Source: a virus (lineage: Duplodnaviria; Caudoviricetes). From it: a stretch of 64,000 nucleotides of DNA. The notes under the pieces were generated by a model that made no database searches, was not told where the DNA came from, and saw only the letters and a program-made list of their open reading frames with translations. Both the position numbers and the translations under genes were made by a program. The stretch covers positions 1 through 64,000 of IMG/VR virus record IMGVR_UViG_3300002220_003854. One strand, written 5' to 3'. This document shows positions 57,271-64,000 of this stretch, piece by piece (position 1 is the stretch's first letter; every line of letters starts with the position of its first letter).

Positions 57271-57530
57271 AGAGTTTTTCCCACAGCCTCAAGAATCTCG
57301 TTAAGTTCCTCGTGGTCTTTATTTGATTGGGTCAACGTTGCTTTATGGGCCACCCTAATTGCTTTTTTAAGAATACTAGGTTTGATTTCTAGTTCTTCTG
57401 CTACAGCTTTGATGGTATCACTAAGACCTTCTTGCAATGTATCAATTTCATGCATGGTAGCCATGCCCTCATTGACCAAAGTCTTTAGCTTGATTTTAGC
57501 GTCACCGGAAAGATTACTTACACTTGTCAT
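57267..57530 (-). CDS. DsbA/DUF2312-like small DNA-binding protein
   Basis: DTIKAVAEELEIKPSILKKAI pattern. Confidence 0.55.
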   Translation of the reverse strand: MTSVSNLSGDAKIKLKTLVNEGMATMHEIDTLQEGLSDTIKAVAEELEIKPSILKKAIRVAHKATLTQSNKDHEELNEILEAVGKTL

Positions 57531-57561
57531 TATTTCTCCTTAAAGTATTAATATATATGAA

Positions 57562-58152
57562 TCAGATTTGTTTTTCAACAATTTTTTTAACCGTTAAGTG
57601 AATCCCAGGATTCACCTTCACCACATGCGGCATCATTTCATGCCTGATATAATTTCGAGTATATTTGGTATCATCGTTGCTTAGATCGTGGCACCATTCA
57701 ATGTTTTTTCTGGTACACCAGTTAACGAACTCTTGCTTCCTAGTTGTCAAAAACGGGCGAATAATATCTTTATTACGCAAAGGAATTACCTTGGGAGTTC
57801 CGTGCATACACCCCCATAGATATGTTTCAACGCAATCATCCAAATGATGACAGGTTACAACTGTTCCTAACTTATACAGAAAGTTATACCGTTCTTTTCG
57901 CCAAAATTCTTCCTGTGATTCGGCTTTGTCCTTGCTTCGCAAGGTCGTTCCCCATAGCATGGGTAAATGTCGTTCGTTGCAGAATTTAGCAACGAATTCC
58001 ATTGCCCTGTCGCTGTTTTCGGTTCCATGATGGAAGAACGCACACGTTACGTCGTGTTTTCTGCTTAAAAAATCTACCACCGCGACACTATCCACGCCCC
58101 CACTAAAGGCGACTGTGATTTGTTTGGGTAAAGGTAATAGCAACTTTAACAT
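57562..58152 (-). CDS. TilS-like PP-loop ATPase (catalytic domain only)
   Basis: AFSGGVDS, HHLDDCVET, RPFL, DLSN..YTRNYIRH; TTGACA-17-TATCAT promoter at 58160-58188. Confidence 0.8.
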   Translation of the reverse strand: MLKLLLPLPKQITVAFSGGVDSVAVVDFLSRKHDVTCAFFHHGTENSDRAMEFVAKFCNERHLPMLWGTTLRSKDKAESQEEFWRKERYNFLYKLGTVVTCHHLDDCVETYLWGCMHGTPKVIPLRNKDIIRPFLTTRKQEFVNWCTRKNIEWCHDLSNDDTKYTRNYIRHEMMPHVVKVNPGIHLTVKKIVEKQI

Positions 58153-58196
58153 AAGATGCATGATACATGATCTTACATTATTTGTCAATGATTAAA

Positions 58197-58577
58197 TCAA
58201 TTAATGGTAAACTCTTTGTCCGGAGTATAAAAGTTTGGTTTACGCATGATAGTTTTAGCAACCAATTCTTTGTGATTGGCTCTATCTTTGATGACGAACG
58301 GCAAGTTAATCTTAGTCAATAAATCTTTCATCACGGCCTCTGGATCATCCATAGATGCAATCTTTTTACCGTTACGCTCATATTCTTTTTTGAATAACCG
58401 AATTAGTTCTGCCGCTGTTATAGGCTTGCCGTTTCTTTCGTCATTTACTCTTTCTAAGAAATGTTTAGAGAAGTTAACATCGACTCCCAATGATTTCCAT
58501 AAGCTATCAGCGAACCTTTCCACTTGGGCTAGTTCACTAAAGGATATTTCTTCTTTCATAAATTCTTTTGCTCTCAT
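58197..58577 (-). CDS. hypothetical protein with capsid-targeting-like N-terminus
   Basis: MRAKEFMKE; FSKHFLERVND.R. Confidence 0.7.
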   Translation of the reverse strand: MRAKEFMKEEISFSELAQVERFADSLWKSLGVDVNFSKHFLERVNDERNGKPITAAELIRLFKKEYERNGKKIASMDDPEAVMKDLLTKINLPFVIKDRANHKELVAKTIMRKPNFYTPDKEFTIN

Positions 58578-59704
58578 TGGAATATGTTCCTATTCTGTTT
58601 GCCGTATATTTTTATAAGTTTTCCAGCTACCATGTCAGCTAATAATTCTATTGGACTGCCTGGATAACTACTACCGGGTTTTATCATATCTAATTCACCC
58701 TGCCTAACATGAGTTAATTCATGTGCTACAGTTCGTAGTATATCGACTAAATTTCTATTTTTAGCATAAACCCAAATTTTGTCATCACCCACTGTATGCC
58801 CGCCAGTATGATGATTTGTTCTCGCTTCGACAGTGTCCATACTCAATACCACTTTGGGTTGTGTCTGTAAGTTTAGCTTAGAAGATGCCCAATTCGTAAA
58901 TTTCTCTACTTCTTTTTGTAAATTAGAGTGGGTTGTATTTTCTTTTAACAACTTTGTCCCCACATTGAAATTATCGGGCTTGATTAATGCAATATACGAT
59001 AGCGTTTTCTCTAACTCATTGCTGTTATTAAACATCAAGGTGTTTATCAAATCGTTACCTAGCTCAGTTGTACTAAACTCATACTTATCCGGGAACACAG
59101 TTCCGTCATCAAATTCAATTTGCTTAACGCCGGCGTCGTCGTGAACAACGTTTACTATAGTTTTTGGATTTTTAAATCCCCTGCAAATCACTGTACGAGA
59201 ATAAATGTCTGCAATAATTTGCAATATACAGATCGATGAACCAACTTTGATATTGGCGACATTAGAATTTGATATTTTTTTAAGTTGGGAATAAAAAGAA
59301 GTTAATTCGTCATTAACATCTTCATTCAGAGTATCTAATAGGTTGTTAGTCCATTCAGTGACTACATTTATTTTAGGAGTTCCATAATACTCTCTAGTTA
59401 GTCGAGAATAAAATTCTCTGATTTCAGAAATATTGTTGTCCTTGCCTGTTCTTTTTAGTCGAGGTTTTTTTATGTCATTAGAAGTAAATGAGGTTTCATC
59501 TAGTTTATTCTTTATCCAGTGATCTGGTGTGTTTTTGTACTTTTTAACAAACAAGTCATGCAATGCTTTACCGGTGATATCATGTTTAGCTGCTATTTTT
59601 TGCATCAACCGGTCAATAGTATTGTAGTCATGTTTTTTCAGACTAGGTAATTTTGTTGCTAATTCACTAGCAGCAGATTCTAAAATAAATTCAGTTGACT
59701 TCAT
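58574..59704 (-). CDS. modular protein with C-terminal HExxH zincin domain
   Basis: MKSTEFILE; RTVAHELTH; late promoter 59710-59717. Confidence 0.7.
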   Translation of the reverse strand: MKSTEFILESAASELATKLPSLKKHDYNTIDRLMQKIAAKHDITGKALHDLFVKKYKNTPDHWIKNKLDETSFTSNDIKKPRLKRTGKDNNISEIREFYSRLTREYYGTPKINVVTEWTNNLLDTLNEDVNDELTSFYSQLKKISNSNVANIKVGSSICILQIIADIYSRTVICRGFKNPKTIVNVVHDDAGVKQIEFDDGTVFPDKYEFSTTELGNDLINTLMFNNSNELEKTLSYIALIKPDNFNVGTKLLKENTTHSNLQKEVEKFTNWASSKLNLQTQPKVVLSMDTVEARTNHHTGGHTVGDDKIWVYAKNRNLVDILRTVAHELTHVRQGELDMIKPGSSYPGSPIELLADMVAGKLIKIYGKQNRNIFQ

Positions 59705-59733
59705 AGTTATATTTATCACCAGTGCTTATGTTT

Positions 59734-60165
59734 TCAGCACCAAGACTTTTTTGCTTCGCCGAAGTAAGGTCTAGCTAATCCACGTTGAATTAATAATCCA
59801 CGTAAGCTTTTTCCGTCTAATATAACGTCACCCAATACTCTTCCGCCGTATTTGTCCCATCCCATAAGCATTATCTGACGATGCTGTGCGCTTGCAATCA
59901 TTTGAGTTGTAAATTGCGTAGCTTGTTTTCCCTTTTCTGCTTCTAATGCACATTTAGCTTTGGCTCCTTTTTCAGGGGTATCCACTCCGTAGATTCTAAG
60001 TGCTAGTTCTGATTTCAACGGAGAAGGTAAAAATTCAGCTTTAAATGCTACTGTATCACCGTCTATTACTCTAGTGATAGGATAGTTGTATAATACACCT
60101 GACGGATCCGCGAACACAGATGTAGATAGAAATAGCAAAAAGATAATTAGTTTTTTCATAATCAT
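59734..60165 (-). CDS. thermonuclease (SNase-like) with signal peptide
   Basis: RVIDGDT, RIYGVDTPE, DKYGGR.LG; MKKLIIFLLFLSTSVFA leader. Confidence 0.9.
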   Translation of the reverse strand: MIMKKLIIFLLFLSTSVFADPSGVLYNYPITRVIDGDTVAFKAEFLPSPLKSELALRIYGVDTPEKGAKAKCALEAEKGKQATQFTTQMIASAQHRQIMLMGWDKYGGRVLGDVILDGKSLRGLLIQRGLARPYFGEAKKSWC

Positions 60166-60175
60166 GACAATAAAA

Positions 60176-60247
60176 GGCTCACTTTAGAGGTTAGAGTAGC
60201 GAGTTCTTCCCTCAAGCCAGCAGCCGGCTATTCGGTCCTAAGCGAAT
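60176..60247 (-). ncRNA. candidate structured 5' leader RNA
   Basis: GC-rich island after GATAAATA; UUCGCUU/AAGUGAG closing stem, UAGC/GCUA, internal hairpins. Confidence 0.35.
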
Positions 60248-60267
60248 TCATCCAATGATTATATTTA

Positions 60268-60687
60268 TCAACTGATTTTTACTTTCTGCAATACATTACT
60301 AATTAATGTAAACTGGTTAGCTAACTTTTTATAGAACAGTTCAGGTGGTCTGCTAGTCCAAGCCCTATGCTCTAACGCTATTTTTCCCATATCGATATAG
60401 TAGTTTTTACTTGGCCAACGACGACTATTCAATGCTAAGCCGTCGATCAATAAACATTCTTCTGCTATTTCTTGAAAATGCTGTTTTCTAATTTCACCTG
60501 ATTTGTTTGTAGCTGCTAGCATTCTAATTGCTATAGTATCGGCTGGAATGTTTGGATTTTCCATATATTTGGCAAACGTATGGACCACGAATGCTTCTAC
60601 TTCATGTTCTAAATTTATGCTAGCTTTACACTCTGCTTCAAGTATTACCTCGTAACTATATTTCACATAGGTTAAAAAATGTTTCAT
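60268..60687 (-). CDS. hypothetical protein
   Basis: ORF track. Confidence 0.65.
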   Translation of the reverse strand: MKHFLTYVKYSYEVILEAECKASINLEHEVEAFVVHTFAKYMENPNIPADTIAIRMLAATNKSGEIRKQHFQEIAEECLLIDGLALNSRRWPSKNYYIDMGKIALEHRAWTSRPPELFYKKLANQFTLISNVLQKVKIS

Positions 60688-60716
60688 AGACTTAGCAATC
60701 AGTAGAGAGTGGCATC

Positions 60717-61589
60717 TTACATTAAGAATATCTGGCCAACACTGCTAGCCAATACATCATCGAACATCAATTCCATGTCTCTGGCAAGCATCTCACTGGC
60801 ATTATTGCGTTCACTTTCGTCTCTGAATTCAGGTTTGATATTCATGTATTTTGTGGGAGTGCCCCATGCTTTACGTCCATAACCTAAATTAGTAGGTAAT
60901 GAGTTAAATGTAACTTTGCCAGTACCTAAATATTGTGCAAATATTTCATATAAGAATTCATATGGTCTTTTTATATCGTTGCTGCGGCTACTACGTTGTG
61001 TACCGATAGCATTGAATAATGCATTATACTCTGGTGTTAGGTCAAATTGCATTGATCCCTGTGATTGAAAACCGCCCCGTCTTTGTGATATTTTACCGTA
61101 AAATTCTGCTAGAGTATTATTTACTGCATTGAAGAAATGTTTTTCGGCTTCAGTCCAGGCATGCCACTTTGCGTTTTTTCTCGCGCCTGCTTGTATGGCA
61201 TGCCCAAATCTATGCGCCATCATCCAGGGCGTTAGCATTACTTTTCTATCGCCCTGGTTTCCTACATATACTACAGTAATAGCATCTTCACTTCCGTTAA
61301 CTATTTCTGATGCTTGATCTCCGAATATTTTTGTAACCTGATCCGGGGTCATTGGTCCATATTCACTATATTTACCGGTGCCGGGAACATTGCTGAAGAA
61401 CAAGCGAAAATCATAAGGAGTTTGTTCAAAAAACTTAGTAGCCTTTTCTATATTTTTAGGATGCGGTACTAACTTTTTATCAGGGCCACGAAATGGACCA
61501 GGTTTGGTAAAGTCGCCAAACGTCTTATAAGTCGATAACGCCATTTCATCGACATTACTCATCTCTTTTATAAATTCAGTTGATTTCAT
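60717..61589 (-). CDS. hypothetical protein, HxxGH zincin-like motif, capsid-targeting-like N-terminus
   Basis: MKSTEFIKE; WMMAHRFGHA..YEIFAQY. Confidence 0.65.
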   Translation of the reverse strand: MKSTEFIKEMSNVDEMALSTYKTFGDFTKPGPFRGPDKKLVPHPKNIEKATKFFEQTPYDFRLFFSNVPGTGKYSEYGPMTPDQVTKIFGDQASEIVNGSEDAITVVYVGNQGDRKVMLTPWMMAHRFGHAIQAGARKNAKWHAWTEAEKHFFNAVNNTLAEFYGKISQRRGGFQSQGSMQFDLTPEYNALFNAIGTQRSSRSNDIKRPYEFLYEIFAQYLGTGKVTFNSLPTNLGYGRKAWGTPTKYMNIKPEFRDESERNNASEMLARDMELMFDDVLASSVGQIFLM

Positions 61590-63265
61590 GTTATAACCCT
61601 ATACCCAAATCCTGCGGGACTAGATCGTCCGATTCTAGTCAAGAAACTATTAAATCCTAGCCGAGCACTTTCTTGATCGTTTGCCCTAGCTATAAAAGTA
61701 CCAAGACTTGTGTTAGGGTCAGATACTAAATAAACTTCGTATCTTTGATTGCCTGCGCCTGCGGTATTAGTTGGAGCAACTTCTGGTTGAGTTATACCTT
61801 TGCGTTTTTCTTGGGCAGTTCTGATCAAGCTAATTAGTTGTGCTTTTGGTAGCTCGCCGGCAGCATAATTTGCAAAGTATGCAAGAATGTCATTGTTAGA
61901 TTTTGGTTGTAATAATACATATAGTTTCTTTAAATAATCTTTGCGAAACTTATTCGGATCGCATGCTGCGTCTAATGCAACTACAAATCTCAACAATGTG
62001 TTTTCTAATTTAGATATGTCTTCATCTAACCAATTGCCGCCTGGACTACGAAATTCTACATAACCATCATGCGTATTAATGCTAGTATATTTGTCCGTCA
62101 TACCAGTATGAATCAATTTAGAAGCCAACACCGACAGGCCTGATTTCATTTTATCTAAAACTTCGCCGACTCTGGCTGGGTTGTTACTTATGAACGTACC
62201 AATCTTTTGTGCCGCACTTTTAGCGTATGCATTACCCATTCTGTTATACTGATCTAATACGTACTCGTCACCTAATAACAACGCTAACTTTACGTAATCT
62301 AACTTTTCTATTGAGAAATTAGGTACGCTTACATTCATATGTAATCCAGTAGATTCGTTAGTATAACAACCCTTGTCTTTAGCCCAAGCTACGATCTTGT
62401 TTAAGTCGATTAACATCGCATCAATGGGCAAGGGCGGGCTGACGAATTCTAATCCACCATCATTACTCTCGTCCGGGTCAAGACTGCTATCTGGTTCAAT
62501 GACATATTGATCAGGCTTTCGTTCTGCTCCATGATATGTTGTCGAATATTCTACTTTACGACCTATCGCTGTACTGAATTCGTTTGCTACGGTTTTGACA
62601 TCTAACTCCATATCACCCTGAGGAGAAGTCCAATGTGGCCAAATTAAATCATACTGGGATTCTACATCCTGCATAGAATTTATGCCTTGGTCTCGTAACC
62701 AATCTGTTTCAGAAGGCTCCTCTACACTTTCTCGCCATGAGTCGTAAGCTCTATTGTACAGCCGACCTTGATCTTCCCATTCACTGTCGAGCCATTCTTC
62801 TTTTAGTTCCTCAACTCTTTTTTGCACCTTCTCGTCGTCAGGGTCTGTTATCTCTAATTCTTCCATGGCTGTTTCAATGGCGTCTTCTTCGTCAAAGTAA
62901 TCTTCTACGTATTCGTTAAATTCATCTCGTCCTTCTGAATTCCATTGTTCAACTATTTGCTCTTCCGCCCATTCTTGATATTCGTTCTCCAGGTCTCTTA
63001 TCACCCGCCGCACTGCACTTGAGCTATTATACTCCCCTGCGAAAAAATTATAAATATCGGCAAAATCTACTACTCGTTCGTCTTGATCGTAATCGCGTTC
63101 TTGGTCAACATCTTCGTCTTCAATTGCTATGTCAGGAACAATCATTTCAAATTCCATACCAGCTAATGCATTAGTTTGTGCGGCAAGTTTTCTTAGGTTA
63201 CTAGGACTCATTACTACTTCGTCTAGTAACTGCGGGGTTTCAATGACAAATTCTTTAAATCGCAT
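61586..63265 (-). CDS. putative amidoligase (COOH-NH2 ligase type) with acidic insertion
   Basis: GMEFE, EPDSSL, GLEFVSP, NESTGLHMN, KYTSIN, VEFR; MRFKEFVIE start. Confidence 0.8.
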   Translation of the reverse strand: MRFKEFVIETPQLLDEVVMSPSNLRKLAAQTNALAGMEFEMIVPDIAIEDEDVDQERDYDQDERVVDFADIYNFFAGEYNSSSAVRRVIRDLENEYQEWAEEQIVEQWNSEGRDEFNEYVEDYFDEEDAIETAMEELEITDPDDEKVQKRVEELKEEWLDSEWEDQGRLYNRAYDSWRESVEEPSETDWLRDQGINSMQDVESQYDLIWPHWTSPQGDMELDVKTVANEFSTAIGRKVEYSTTYHGAERKPDQYVIEPDSSLDPDESNDGGLEFVSPPLPIDAMLIDLNKIVAWAKDKGCYTNESTGLHMNVSVPNFSIEKLDYVKLALLLGDEYVLDQYNRMGNAYAKSAAQKIGTFISNNPARVGEVLDKMKSGLSVLASKLIHTGMTDKYTSINTHDGYVEFRSPGGNWLDEDISKLENTLLRFVVALDAACDPNKFRKDYLKKLYVLLQPKSNNDILAYFANYAAGELPKAQLISLIRTAQEKRKGITQPEVAPTNTAGAGNQRYEVYLVSDPNTSLGTFIARANDQESARLGFNSFLTRIGRSSPAGFGYRVIT

Positions 63266-63280
63266 ATGGCTTAACTTTTA

Positions 63281-63931
63281 TCATGATCCGTCACCTGCAT
63301 AGAACGGATCACTGATTACAATATGTCCGTCGCTACCTAGCATGAAGTTACCACTGTGTAAATCTAAATACCTTAATCCTAGCTTTTTGCCTAATTTCAT
63401 TAAATCATAAATAGTATCCCATAGCATGTTAAGCCCATCTTCGCCTAAATGCATGACCAATTGCTCAGTTTCTTTAGAAGTATAGGCTCTTGCCATGAGG
63501 TCAGATAAGAATTTTTTTCTATCATCAGGAGTCGCAAAGCGTTCAGCGCGATCAGCAATCACTGATAATACCTCATTCCACCCGGCTGCAGCACCTGTAA
63601 AAGGAAACAATCTTTCCATTTTAATCTGCAGATAAGTTCGACCATTGAACTGAAACGTTGCCCAATCTGTAAAGTTTGGCAGAAATGGATTGGTTGGATG
63701 AGCGAGACAGTAATCTGCGTAAGCTTTAAATATTTTCTGACTTTTTGTAAGTTGTGACACTCCCCCACCAGACTGACGACTTGAACCAAATATCTTCAAT
63801 ATCATTCCGTCTGGGGCTAGATATGCAGCTTGATCAACGCCACTGCTCAAATATTTATATCCTTTGTCTACTAAAATCTTCTTGATATCAGGATCCATAT
63901 AAGATTCTAATAATATTTCTTGAATTTTCAT
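63281..63931 (-). CDS. protein kinase-like enzyme, close paralogue of 38283..38939
   Basis: LSSGVDQAAY, DLHSGNFM, VISDPF; MKIQEILLE start. Confidence 0.8.
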   Translation of the reverse strand: MKIQEILLESYMDPDIKKILVDKGYKYLSSGVDQAAYLAPDGMILKIFGSSRQSGGGVSQLTKSQKIFKAYADYCLAHPTNPFLPNFTDWATFQFNGRTYLQIKMERLFPFTGAAAGWNEVLSVIADRAERFATPDDRKKFLSDLMARAYTSKETEQLVMHLGEDGLNMLWDTIYDLMKLGKKLGLRYLDLHSGNFMLGSDGHIVISDPFYAGDGS

Positions 63932-64000
63932 TATTCTCGGCCCTTCTTAAGAATAGACCTAATAAACCAAGCCTTCTTTCCATATAAGTCTTGCAGTTCA
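63931..64000 (-). CDS. C-terminus of possible Dps/ferritin-like protein (5' part outside window)
   Basis: ELQDLYGKKAWFIRSILK resembles the Dps terminal helix (K..W..RS). Confidence 0.45.
   Translation of the reverse strand, partial: ELQDLYGKKAWFIRSILKKGRE

Noticed and set aside
57562-58152. Calling the PP-loop protein QueC
   Set aside because: Has TilS signature motifs and lacks the QueC C-terminal zinc-binding cysteines.
1-64000. Stop-codon reassignment (alternative genetic code)
   Set aside because: Long conserved genes translate intact in the standard code and end where the next gene starts.
1-64000. tRNA or rRNA genes
   Set aside because: No cloverleaf or T-loop (GTTCGA) context recognised by eye; tRNAscan not run.

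Overview
A 64-kb segment of a large, AT-rich, T4-like (myovirus-type) dsDNA bacteriophage genome, read in the standard code and mostly on the minus strand. Core genes: rIIA/rIIB, B-family DNA polymerase, sliding clamp, ATP-dependent DNA ligase, RNase H/5'-3' exonuclease, RNA ligase, UvsE, and a ClpP/ClpX/ClpS/Hsp20 proteostasis set. Sigma70 TTGACA-17-TATAAT early promoters and T4-type (A/C)TAAATA late promoters are both present. Two larger systems stand out. (1) About 13 dispersed genes share an N-terminal M[KR]xxE[FIL]xxE motif resembling the T4 capsid-targeting/prohead-protease peptide. They encode three paralogous kinases, GNAT-like proteins, an amidoligase, zincin-like proteins and a Gp88-like Cys-triad protein, suggesting a virion-packaged, injected enzyme arsenal. 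(2) A 7-deazaguanine cluster (folE, queD, queE, TGT/DpdA-like, second T-fold protein; no queC in the window) is interleaved with three glycosyltransferases and deoxy-sugar enzymes, hinting at a glycosylated deazaguanine DNA modification. Also seen: homing endonucleases with duplicated or recoded target-gene starts, a covarying leader RNA, a ROSE-like thermometer on hsp20, a T15 tract in queE, and a LuxR-led plus-strand island with collagen-like and low-complexity proteins. No tRNA, rRNA or CRISPR array was recognised. All family calls come from motif recognition by eye, not database searches.
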